Below are positions 17,592 through 26,682 of a DNA stretch of 64,000 nucleotides, in pieces. Positions within the stretch are counted from its first letter, which is position 1. Each line of letters starts with the position of its first letter. Source of the stretch: Phycisphaeraceae bacterium (GTDB lineage: Bacteria > Planctomycetota > Phycisphaerae > Phycisphaerales > Phycisphaeraceae). Made by a program: the position numbers and the translations under genes. The stretch spans positions 288,001 to 352,000 of the forward strand of contig OY771506.1 in NCBI GenBank assembly GCA_963674705.1. Reading direction: 5' to 3'. Below the pieces are notes generated by a model that made no database searches, was not told the origin of the DNA, and saw only the letters and a program-made list of their open reading frames with translations.

Positions 17592-18167
17592 ATGAACCGA
17601 TACCCGAAGACAAGAACCCGGATGCCGGTACGGCGAAGCCGAGCGCGCGGCTTTACGCTTATCGAAGCGGCGTTGACGACCGTGATCGTAGGTACGGGCG
17701 TACTTGCGATCGTTGCGGCGCAGCAGGCGTATCACCAGAAGAACGACTGGGCGCAGCGCACGGGCACAGCGATGCTGCTGGCCAATGAGATCCGGGAACT
17801 CACTTTACCCATGCCGATGTATGACCCGATCACGGGTAAGTCGAACATCGGGCCGGAGGCAGGCGAGGCGTCGGTAGCCGACTACGACGACCTCGACGAC
17901 TTCGCGGGCTCCCCCAGCGGGGGCGTCTATCCGGGAACGACGTTCGACCCCCCTATCGACGCGTTGCGCAGGCCGATCGCTGACATGGCGGGTTGGTCAC
18001 AGCAGATCACGGTTGAAAGTGTCTGGGAGACAGACATCGCCTCAACGGCAAGCATCCCGTTGGGGACGACGCCGATGATGCGCATGACGGTTGACGTGAT
18101 GTATCAGGGGCCGAACGACGCTTCGGCCTCGACGATCACGACGCTGTCGTGGGTGATTGGGCAGTAG
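17592..18167 (+). CDS. Prepilin-type (PilV-like) minor pilin
   Basis: RARG/FTLIEAALTTVIVG type III signal peptide. Confidence 0.88.
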   Translation: MNRYPKTRTRMPVRRSRARGFTLIEAALTTVIVGTGVLAIVAAQQAYHQKNDWAQRTGTAMLLANEIRELTLPMPMYDPITGKSNIGPEAGEASVADYDDLDDFAGSPSGGVYPGTTFDPPIDALRRPIADMAGWSQQITVESVWETDIASTASIPLGTTPMMRMTVDVMYQGPNDASASTITTLSWVIGQ

Positions 18168-18201
18168 ATGAGCCATTAGCTTTTAGCCGTTAGCCATTAG
18201 C
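18167..18201 (+). repeat. Heptamer tract after the pilin gene
   Basis: GATGAGC CATTAGC TTTTAGC CGTTAGC CATTAGC. Confidence 0.8.
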
Positions 18202-18243
18202 TTGGAACCTTGAACGAAAGAGGAAGTGAGGCCGGGAGTAATC

Positions 18244-20520
18244 ATGATGGCGGGTAAGTCAGTCAAAACCTACCGTCACACACGTGAACGCGGCGCCGCG
18301 GCGGTGCTGGCGATGATGTTCCTGGTGATCTTCTCCAGCCTGGCGGCGGCGATGGCGATCGTGTCGCAGGGCAACCTTCAGACGGCGGACAGCTCGCTGA
18401 AGATCAATCGTTCGCTGGCCGCGGCCGAGACGGGCATGCGGTTCATGATCTACCGGATCAACCAGGTCACCGAGGGCGATCCCGACGCGGCGATCACACT
18501 CGATGGTATTAAAACCCGCGATGGCGAGATCGATACGTCGCTGGCGGACAACTTGTGGACCAACACACGTACACAGTTGTTGAGCCTGCTTTCAACAGAC
18601 TTTCAATACCAGGACGGCAACACGCCGTATGAAGACGGTACACGGCTGGTGATCCCCGAGATCGCGGTCGGGCCGGGCCAGCCTTCGTTCTCGGCGGTGC
18701 TGGAACCGCATCCCTTAGCGGATGAGGATTACGACGCCGGGATGTATCAGCGTCCGCCATACAGTGATATGTCTCCGCCGGTATCGAACCTGGCGCCTTT
18801 GGACAACCGCTGGGTACGCGTGACGGTGACGGCGAGCGACGGCAAGGTCGGTCAGCGTGTTTATCGTTCGATCTCGATGGACTTCAAGATCGAGAAGAAG
18901 ATCCGCTTTGCGCTGTTAAGCAAGAGCAGGATCATGATCGGCCGCAACGTGATGATCGAGGGCCCGATCGGTTCGAGCTTCCTCGAAACCAATCTTGATA
19001 ACGGCCACCCCATCCAGATGGAAAGCGACTTCCGTGGGCTTGACAGTGACCTGGATGATGAACTGGACCTGTTCCGCAATACGCTGGTCAGCAACGATAT
19101 GGATGGTGACAACCGTATCGCCGTCGCCAGCGCGACCGAAACGGACGGCATCACTGATCCCGCGTCGTACGACTACGATCAGGACGGGTACATCGACGAC
19201 TACGACTTTTTCATGGCTAAGTATGACACCAACGCCGACCTGAAGGTCAGCCTGGCGGAGATCGATCCGGGTGGTACGGAGCTGGACCACCAGCAACTGA
19301 TGACGCTGATCGACACGTTCGGCGACCCGGCGCGGCAGGGCTACGGCGACGGCTTTATTGACGAGTACGACCGCTACGCCAAGATCCGCGGCGAGGTGTA
19401 TATCACCGCGGACAAGCAGGGATGGGAAGAAGGCGCAGCCGATCCGGACGGGCCCGGCGGTGTTGCCGGGGCGTACCAGGATTACTTCGAGGGTCCGATC
19501 CATCCGAACTACGGTGAAGACCCGATGACGTTTGAAGCGGATACGGATTCGGTCCACCAGTTCGAGCCCGGCGACTTCGATGTCGCGACGTTCAGGGCGA
19601 TGGCGACCGGCGATTTTGCCTCGCAGGCCGGCGCGCCATCAACGACGGTGTTTGAGCAGGTGCCTTACGGTGCGGCGTATCCGTATGAGTATTACGACCG
19701 GCCGGTCTATGAGAACAAGACGTTTGATAACGTGCTTATCCCGGTGGGAACCAATGCGCTGTTCCGCAACTGTACGTTTGTGGGCGTGACCTTCATCGAC
19801 ACCGCTACGGACAACACCGACCCGAACTTCAACTACTGCGGCATGATCGAAGCGGACGGCACACTCAGCCACCCGGACCGTATCGCGACGGTGAACGGCA
19901 CGGACTACGGCGGTCCTTCCGATCCGCTAGGCACGAAGCAGGTCGCCAACAACATCCGTTTCGACGATTGCACGTTTAACGGGTCGATCGTGACGGCATC
20001 GCCAAACGAGTTTACGCATGTACGTAACAAGCTGTCGTTCACCGGAACGACCCGGTTCATCCTGGATAGTCCGCTGACGGAGGCGGAGAAGTACCTGTTC
20101 AAGAAGAGCACGCTGATGGCGCCGCACTTCTCGGTGGAAATGGGTACGTTCATCGCACCGGACGACATCCAGGAGACGGTGGAGATGTCGGGTACGATCG
20201 TGGCGGGCGTGCTGGATATGCGTGGCCAGGTGAAGATCGTCGGCACGCTGCTGACGACGTTCAACCCGGTCAGCGATACCGGGCCGGTCATCGGCGAGAC
20301 AAGCCCACAGTACAACACGACGCTGGGTTACTTCTCAAGCAGTAACGGTGACCTGGAATCCGAATTGCCGGTGAACGGTATCGGTGTGATCCAGGTGCGG
20401 TACGACCCGTCGCTGCCGCTGCCGGACGGCATCCTCGGGCACATTGACTTTACGCCATACTACTCGACCTATCACGAAGGCGGGAAGAAGTACGTGGACT
20501 ATTTTGGCTACGACGATTGA
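18244..20520 (+). CDS. Large PilX/GspK-like pilin with acidic Ca-binding-type loops
   Basis: RERG/AAAVLAMMFLVIFSSLAAAM (no Glu5), SLAAAETGM; DMDGDNRI, DYDQDGYIDDYD. Confidence 0.78.
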   Translation: MMAGKSVKTYRHTRERGAAAVLAMMFLVIFSSLAAAMAIVSQGNLQTADSSLKINRSLAAAETGMRFMIYRINQVTEGDPDAAITLDGIKTRDGEIDTSLADNLWTNTRTQLLSLLSTDFQYQDGNTPYEDGTRLVIPEIAVGPGQPSFSAVLEPHPLADEDYDAGMYQRPPYSDMSPPVSNLAPLDNRWVRVTVTASDGKVGQRVYRSISMDFKIEKKIRFALLSKSRIMIGRNVMIEGPIGSSFLETNLDNGHPIQMESDFRGLDSDLDDELDLFRNTLVSNDMDGDNRIAVASATETDGITDPASYDYDQDGYIDDYDFFMAKYDTNADLKVSLAEIDPGGTELDHQQLMTLIDTFGDPARQGYGDGFIDEYDRYAKIRGEVYITADKQGWEEGAADPDGPGGVAGAYQDYFEGPIHPNYGEDPMTFEADTDSVHQFEPGDFDVATFRAMATGDFASQAGAPSTTVFEQVPYGAAYPYEYYDRPVYENKTFDNVLIPVGTNALFRNCTFVGVTFIDTATDNTDPNFNYCGMIEADGTLSHPDRIATVNGTDYGGPSDPLGTKQVANNIRFDDCTFNGSIVTASPNEFTHVRNKLSFTGTTRFILDSPLTEAEKYLFKKSTLMAPHFSVEMGTFIAPDDIQETVEMSGTIVAGVLDMRGQVKIVGTLLTTFNPVSDTGPVIGETSPQYNTTLGYFSSSNGDLESELPVNGIGVIQVRYDPSLPLPDGILGHIDFTPYYSTYHEGGKKYVDYFGYDD

Positions 20521-20569
20521 TGAGGCGCAACGGCCGGGTGATTAACGCCCGGCACGCAGGAGCGGCGAC

Positions 20570-21199
20570 GTGAAAGCAAGACAAGCATCAAGGATCATCA
20601 ACCACAAGGCGTGGGGTCTGTCGCTGGTTGAAATGCTGATCGCGCTTGCGATCACGGCGATCCTGTTGACGGCAACGATGGTGGCGATCGACGCGAGCTT
20701 CCAGGCGTACGCAGCGGCGGCGGAGACGGCGAGCACGCAGTCCGCCACACGCATGGTCATCAACCGTCTGCTGACACTGGTGCGAACGAGTACGGCCCAT
20801 GGCCCCCTGCTCGACGATCCGACGGACACCCCGCCGGTCATCCTGCTGGCGGATGGCGCGACGATCGAGAGCTATTACATGGAGTTACTGGACCCCGATG
20901 GGAACCTGATCCGCATCGAATACCGCGACTCGACACATGCCACGACTCCGAACGAGCTTTGGATGATCATCACCCCGGCCGGGGGCGGGCCTGACCAGGA
21001 ACAGCCGATCATGGGCGGCGTGACGGACGCGAAGTTCTACACGCACCGCAGGTATGACAACGACGGTGTGCTGGTCCTTGAGCGCGGCTCGATCGATCTG
21101 ACGGTCGAGGCGGATGATGACAACACACTTGCACTTGAAGGCGCCGAGCTGCCGCCAATCCGCGTGATCGCATCGACGATGCCGCGGAAGCTGGAATAG
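20570..21199 (+). CDS. Prepilin-type (PilW/GspJ-like) minor pilin
   Basis: WG/LSLVEMLIALAITAILL; GTG start after AGGAG. Confidence 0.88.
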   Translation: MKARQASRIINHKAWGLSLVEMLIALAITAILLTATMVAIDASFQAYAAAAETASTQSATRMVINRLLTLVRTSTAHGPLLDDPTDTPPVILLADGATIESYYMELLDPDGNLIRIEYRDSTHATTPNELWMIITPAGGGPDQEQPIMGGVTDAKFYTHRRYDNDGVLVLERGSIDLTVEADDDNTLALEGAELPPIRVIASTMPRKLE

Positions 21200-21204
21200 G
21201 TTTG

Positions 21205-21309
21205 GATTTATGATTTGGGATTTATGATTGACGATGTAAGTGTGCGCCCAAGCAGCTTGTATCATCCTAGAACGACAGATCCTAAATCATAATTCCCAAA
21301 TCATAAATT
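21205..21309. repeat. Inverted heptamer tracts after the last pilin gene
   Basis: GATTTAT GATTTGG GATTTAT GATTGAC ... CTAAATC ATAATTC CCAAATC ATAAATT. Confidence 0.82.
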
Positions 21310-21581
21310 CCTCCACTGTCCCTCTAAGCACATCTCCTACGTTCTTTCCGAGCGAGACCCATTTAGACAACCCACCCCCTTCCCGTTTGCGCCGCCTGTG
21401 CCGTCTGGAACGGGGCTGATAAACGAAGTTTATGGCTATCGGACCTTGCTTTGTGTGCGGTGAATCTTACGTTTGATTGTGAACATTGATTCACGGAACG
21501 GTCCGCCCGGTGTAGGGCAGATCAGATGTAGACGGTCACCGAGCCGTGCAGTCAAGCGAAGAGCAAGCAAAGGAGTTCAAG

Positions 21582-22391
21582 ATGAACAAGTGGACCCTGA
21601 CCAGCGCACTGGTGGCCGCGGGGATGGTCGCCGTACCAGCGCAAGCGGACAGCATCGAACTGACCGGTGTGATCCGAGACTTCCAGACAAGCCATCCCGA
21701 CATGGAGCAGTATCCCGGCACCTACAACAAGGTGATGGATACGCTCGATGAGGACGGCCTGCCGCAGTTGGACATGTCGTACTACAACGAGAAGAAGGGC
21801 ACGAGCGCCCAGAGCGTATACTCGCCTGAGTCGTTTGCCCAGTGGTTCCGTGATACACCCGAAGTGAATATCACGATCCCGTACGCGATCGTATTGGACA
21901 ATGGCCAGAATTACCCGGGCGGTGTCTATTCGTTTGCCCGTGAGAAGCAGATGCCTGCGCCGTACAATTACTTCTTCCCGATCGACACCATGGGCTTTGG
22001 GCTGACCCCGAGCACGGCACAGTGGCCGTTGCGTTGGGCGCCGGGCGGCGTGCACAACTTCCACTTCACCTATGAGCTGAGAACCAAGTTCACGTACACG
22101 AGCCCTGAAGAGCGTGACCTGCCAATGATCTTCTCGTTCACGGGTGACGACGACGTGTGGGTGTTTATCAACGGCAAGCTGGCGGTAGACCTTGGTGGTG
22201 TGCACAGCCAGCAGCAGGCGTCGGTGAATCTGGACAATGCGGCGGAACAGCTTGGCCTGGAACCGGGCGGCACATACACGCTGGACCTGTTCTTCGCCGA
22301 ACGCCACACCAGTGAGTCGAACTTCCGTATCGAGACGACCCTGCAACTCGAGGAAGTGCCTCCGACGACCGTAAGTCCGCTTTATGACTGA
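21582..22391 (+). CDS. Fibro-slime (PA14-like) domain secreted protein
   Basis: Signal peptide; IRDF..SHPD, FFPID, HNFHFTYEL, FSFTGDDDVWVFINGKLAVDLGGVH, LFFAERHTSESNFRIET. Confidence 0.92.
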   Translation: MNKWTLTSALVAAGMVAVPAQADSIELTGVIRDFQTSHPDMEQYPGTYNKVMDTLDEDGLPQLDMSYYNEKKGTSAQSVYSPESFAQWFRDTPEVNITIPYAIVLDNGQNYPGGVYSFAREKQMPAPYNYFFPIDTMGFGLTPSTAQWPLRWAPGGVHNFHFTYELRTKFTYTSPEERDLPMIFSFTGDDDVWVFINGKLAVDLGGVHSQQQASVNLDNAAEQLGLEPGGTYTLDLFFAERHTSESNFRIETTLQLEEVPPTTVSPLYD

Positions 22392-22434
22392 TTGATCCCG
22401 GTTGTGTTAACCGAGTGCGTTTCATCCTAGTCAT

Positions 22435-22467
22435 GGCCCACGGGTGCCTCCCCCGTGGGCCGTTTTT
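22435..22467 (+). terminator. Intrinsic terminator
   Basis: GGCCCACGGG-loop-CCCGTGGGCC-GTTTTT. Confidence 0.85.
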
Positions 22468-22740
22468 ATTTGGGGAGATGGGCCGTTAGCCGTTAGCCTT
22501 AGCACTGAACGGCGTGGGCTATTGACGGGGCAATACAGATCCTTTGGGTGTAATCGCCTAACCGCGCAGAACCGAATCGGATCGCAAGCGAATGGGCTAA
22601 CCGGCTGGCTCGGGTGTGGTTTGAATCGTACGTTTTAAGCAATTGGGGGAAAGTAGTGCCTCCCCCATCGCGTGCAAGTGCCTGCATCAGGTACGACTCA
22701 CGGCGTCGCGTGCCGCTCCGGGCGCGGCGCCGTTTTTACT

Positions 22741-23379
22741 TTACACCATGCGTCGGCGGAATAACCCAAGTGCTCCCAACACTGCGATCGATAGCGTCGC
22801 GGGCTCGGGGACGATAGCGCAGCCTTTGATCTTGCTTGAGTCGCCCCCACCGCTGGGTGCGGCACCGACGCTTTGGAGTCGGCCTGCCATGGTTTGGTTA
22901 TCGAATAGTGCCAGGCTCAGACCGTCGGGATGAGACAGTGTGAACATGGTGGTCGTGAGTAAGCCGGAGCCTGCGCCGGGCGAGCCGAAGGCGATACCCG
23001 CATCCATTTTACCGGGCGAGCCGCCGCCGTTGAGGTTGTTGTTAGAGCTGCCGACGGAACCGACGTTACCGGCAAAGTCGTAAGCAGTGATGTCCGAACC
23101 GATCACGCTGAGGTTTGCCAGTAAGGCATCATCACTGATGTCAAACCAGAAGCCGCCCCAGTCGCCGATGTTGTTGTGTCCCGGTTCCTGCACAGTGGAA
23201 AGCGTGACCTGGATATCGTCGCCCACCTGCTCGAAGGTAGCGCGGCCGATCAGGTCGGAGCCGGTGTATTCGTGCATGTCCACCACAAATGAAGCATCGG
23301 CGGCGCTGACGGGTAGAGCCAGCGAGCCGGTTAACAATAGCAGCGACAGCCATCGTGATCGCACGAAGTTCTTAGACAT
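22741..23379 (-). CDS. PEP-CTERM sorting domain protein
   Basis: Signal peptide; C-terminal VPEPATLSIAVLGALGLFRRR; GGAGA RBS before ATG 23379. Confidence 0.92.
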   Translation of the reverse strand: MSKNFVRSRWLSLLLLTGSLALPVSAADASFVVDMHEYTGSDLIGRATFEQVGDDIQVTLSTVQEPGHNNIGDWGGFWFDISDDALLANLSVIGSDITAYDFAGNVGSVGSSNNNLNGGGSPGKMDAGIAFGSPGAGSGLLTTTMFTLSHPDGLSLALFDNQTMAGRLQSVGAAPSGGGDSSKIKGCAIVPEPATLSIAVLGALGLFRRRMV

Positions 23380-23619
23380 GACATGTCTCCAGAGTGGTTC
23401 TCTCTCTCCTACAAGTCTGAAAAATGCAGGTGCGCAGGGCACCACGCACGCAGACATGTGTATGGATAAACCATGCCACAGGAATTGGCCGGGGCCAGCG
23501 GCATCAGCGAAAATTATGCGAATAGTTGCTGTAGCCTGACGTGGTAACAATTAAACAGGCGAAAATACGCACAACCGGAGCCGTGGCTTAAACGCCTGAG
23601 TTAGCACAAATTACGACAT

Positions 23620-24909
23620 TCAGATCTTTTTGATGATCAGCGTGTCGTTCTGCCCGCCGAAGCCGAAGCTGTTGGACAGGCAGACCTCGACCTCGGCGTC
23701 ACGCGCGGCGTTGGGGACGTAGTCCAGGTCGCATTCGGGGTCGGGATTCTTGAGGTTGTGCGTCGGCGGGAGTTTCTGGTCACGGATCGCCAGGACGCAC
23801 GCGATCGCTTCGACAGCGCCGGCGGCGGCGATCAGGTGGCCTAGCATGCTCTTGATCGAACTCATCGGGATCGACTTGGCGCGGTCGCCGAAGACGACTT
23901 TGACGGCCTTGGTTTCGATCGAGTCGTTCTCCTTGGTGCCCGTGCCGTGGGCGGAGATGTAGTCGATGTCTTCGAGGCTGACGCCTGCATCTTCGATCGC
24001 CAGTTGCATACTCTTGGCTGCGCCGCGGCCATCGGGATGGATGTCGGTGATGCGGTAGGCGTCGGCGGTTGAACCAAAGCCTGCAACTTCGGCGAGGATG
24101 GTCGCGCCGCGTGCCTGGGCGTGTTCGAGTGTTTCGAGCACGAGCATGCCGGAGCCTTCACCGAGTACGAATCCGTCACGGTCGACGCTGAAAGGCCGGC
24201 TTGCGGTTTTCGGATCGTCGTTGCGGTTGGACAGCGCGGTGAGGCGGTTGAAGCCGGTGACGCCGAACGGGTGGATCATGGTGTGCGCGCCGCCGGTGAT
24301 CATGACGTCGGCGTCGCCGCGCCGGAGGATCTCGGTGGCTTCGCCGATGGCCTGCGTGGAAGCGGCGCAGGCGGTGAGGCAGTTGTAGGCGGGCCCTTGC
24401 GCATCAAACTCCATCGCAAGGTGCGTCAGCGGCATGTTGGGTTCCTGCTCGATCTCACGCAGCGCGTTCATGTTCTTCGTTGCCGCGGCAGCCCACTTCG
24501 CGCCGTCGATCCCGCGTGCCACATCGTCCCAGCCGGCAAGGTTGGACGCGACGTAGTTATCGAAGTCGAGTGAACCTTCGCCCGAACCGAGGTAGATACC
24601 CAGGCGTGAGCGATCGAGTGCGTCAAACTTATCGAGGCCCGACATCTTCCATGCTTGCGATGCAGCGCCGAGCGCGAAGCTGGTGTTCAGCCCGACGCCT
24701 TCGTGCAATTCGGGATGGGTAACGAGCGGTGTGTGGTCGTAGTCCTTCACCTGGGCGGCAAATGTCGTGGGGAAGGTAGACGCATCAAAGTGATCGATCT
24801 TGTCGATCCCCGACTGACAAGAAAGCAGCGCGGCCCAGACGGTTTCGATGTCATGGCCCAATGGTGTAACGACACCCATTCCCGTAATTACCACACGATG
24901 CTCTGACAT
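23620..24909 (-). CDS. fabF: Beta-ketoacyl-ACP synthase II
   Basis: Intact triad TACAAS, SAHGTGT, LGHLIAAAG; SNSFGFGGQN. Confidence 0.92.
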   Translation of the reverse strand: MSEHRVVITGMGVVTPLGHDIETVWAALLSCQSGIDKIDHFDASTFPTTFAAQVKDYDHTPLVTHPELHEGVGLNTSFALGAASQAWKMSGLDKFDALDRSRLGIYLGSGEGSLDFDNYVASNLAGWDDVARGIDGAKWAAAATKNMNALREIEQEPNMPLTHLAMEFDAQGPAYNCLTACAASTQAIGEATEILRRGDADVMITGGAHTMIHPFGVTGFNRLTALSNRNDDPKTASRPFSVDRDGFVLGEGSGMLVLETLEHAQARGATILAEVAGFGSTADAYRITDIHPDGRGAAKSMQLAIEDAGVSLEDIDYISAHGTGTKENDSIETKAVKVVFGDRAKSIPMSSIKSMLGHLIAAAGAVEAIACVLAIRDQKLPPTHNLKNPDPECDLDYVPNAARDAEVEVCLSNSFGFGGQNDTLIIKKI

Positions 24910-24933
24910 AGTCATTCCTTAGTATGCAGCTTA

Positions 24934-25090
24934 ATCACGGAGCACACTGAAATAATGAGTTATTAACAGGGATGAACACAGATAAACACGGATAAGTGAT
25001 GGTATCCATCAATTATGTTTTTCCTATCTGTGTTCATCTGTGTTTATCCCTGTTACTTTTTCTCCGTGTCTTAGTGCTATCTGTAATTCT
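24934..25090. repeat. Intergenic inverted doublet with 9-10-bp periodic arms
   Basis: TAACAGGGATGAACACAGATAAACACGGATA ... TATCTGTGTTCATCTGTGTTTATCCCTGTTA. Confidence 0.8.
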
Positions 25091-25095
25091 TGTAG

Positions 25096-26433
25096 TTAAT
25101 CCAGTTTCTTTAAAATCAGTGCGGTGTTTTGTCCGCCGAGGCCGGTGTTGTAGACGAGTGCGTAGTCCAGTTTTGCATCGGTTGCTGAAGCGTTGCCTGA
25201 CATGCCATCGATCGGGTTATCGCGGTTGATGATGGCGGGGACTTTCTGCTGCTTGACGGCTTTGGCTGCGACCGCGACGTCGATGCCGCCGCCGCCTGCG
25301 CCGCAGCTACCGACGAGGGGGCGTAAGCCGACGACGGGGATGTCCTTGAGGCGGTCGCCGAAGACGGTGCGGTAGCCGGCGGCTTCGGCCTTGTCCCAGT
25401 TGGGCACGGCGGTGCCGAAGCCAACGATCATGTCGATGTCGTCAGCGGTGATGCCTGCTTCGCGCATCGCGGCGTTGATGCAGGATGTGACGGCTTTACC
25501 TTCGGGATCGGGTTCCATGTTGCGCACGGCACGGTTAACGCTTTGTGAAGCGCCGAAGCCGACGACTTCCGCATAGGCGCTGTTGCCGCCACGGGCTTTG
25601 TAAGTTTCTTTAGCTTCGAGCATGACGATCCCCCCACCGTCGCCGGCGACTGTGCCCGCGGCAGCGGTGTCGAACGGGCGGACGGCGTTGGTCGGATCAT
25701 CGTTACTTGATTTGTTGAGCCTGCCGGTCAGTTGCTGGCGGAAGTAGACCATCGGGTTCAACTTGCAGTCGGCTCCGCCGCAGAAGCAGAGGTCGGCGTT
25801 GTTGCGTTGGATGACGCGAAGCGACTCGCCGATCGAGAGCATGGCGGAAGCTTCGCCGCAGGTGATGGTGTTGGATGGGCCTTGCGTGTCGTGGATGATG
25901 GTGACGTGGCAGGCGAGCATGTTGGGCAGGTACTTGAGCAGCCACAGCGGGGTGAGGTGGTTCATCCCGTCGCTGCCCCACTTGTGGATGTCGAATTTGC
26001 CCGAATCATCCTTGGCTTCGTTGAGCGCGCTGGTCAGTTCGTCGAGTTCCGCGGCGATGAGGCCCGCGCCGATGTGGCAGCCGACACGTTCGGGGTTGTA
26101 CGTCGGTTTGAAGTCGCCGTTTGAGCCGGCATCGGGGTCGGTGCCTTTGGTGGCAAGACCCGCGTCACGGGCGGCGAAGTCGGCGGCGATGACGGCCAGC
26201 TCGATGTCACGGGCCATGACCTTGGTAGCCTTGCGGTGGCTCTTGGGGACGAACTTGGCGATCTTGTAGTCTTCGACCTCTGAGCCGAGGGTGCAGTCGA
26301 AGCCGCTTGGGTTGAAGGCCTGGATCGTGCTGATCGCGGTTCTGCCCTCGCAGACGCCTTCCCAGACCGCTTCGATCCCCAAGCCGAGGCCGCTGACTGG
26401 GCCGACGCCGCTGATCACTACGCTACGTGTCAT
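25096..26433 (-). CDS. Ketosynthase-like protein lacking the catalytic triad (chain-length-factor-like)
   Basis: KS fold motifs (VVISGVG, RPFD, TGLGGQN) but GPSNTITCGEAS, VGFGTA and VGSCGA in place of the Cys/His/His motifs. Confidence 0.85.
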   Translation of the reverse strand: MTRSVVISGVGPVSGLGLGIEAVWEGVCEGRTAISTIQAFNPSGFDCTLGSEVEDYKIAKFVPKSHRKATKVMARDIELAVIAADFAARDAGLATKGTDPDAGSNGDFKPTYNPERVGCHIGAGLIAAELDELTSALNEAKDDSGKFDIHKWGSDGMNHLTPLWLLKYLPNMLACHVTIIHDTQGPSNTITCGEASAMLSIGESLRVIQRNNADLCFCGGADCKLNPMVYFRQQLTGRLNKSSNDDPTNAVRPFDTAAAGTVAGDGGGIVMLEAKETYKARGGNSAYAEVVGFGASQSVNRAVRNMEPDPEGKAVTSCINAAMREAGITADDIDMIVGFGTAVPNWDKAEAAGYRTVFGDRLKDIPVVGLRPLVGSCGAGGGGIDVAVAAKAVKQQKVPAIINRDNPIDGMSGNASATDAKLDYALVYNTGLGGQNTALILKKLD

Positions 26434-26682
26434 AGATTGCTTCCAATGAGTCCAATCGTGCCCGTCTCGCACCGGGCGGGTCAAGCCACGCATTGTACGG
26501 CTTTGACACACACGCGGGCAAAGATACCTGAATCTACCCTAACTGCAGCCGGCAGCAGGCTATTCCCCATACATGCGAGTCCTTATATAGATACACTACG
26601 GGACCCGTTTTACGGTAGAAAACGGCGATCTGAGATCGCCGACTAAGCGGTGCAGACCGTGAACTGATTTTGGAGGCTATTT

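Noticed and set aside
15988..22570. Diversity-generating retroelement acting on pilins
   Set aside because: No reverse transcriptase and no template/variable repeat pair differing at adenines was seen
23462..23480. Sigma-54 promoter for the PEP-CTERM gene (TGGCATGGTTTATCC)
   Set aside because: The -12 element reads CC rather than the conserved GC
8400..26000. Replication origin inferred from the C-to-G skew switch
   Set aside because: Skew appears to reverse several times within 64 kb; no dnaA gene or DnaA-box cluster noticed
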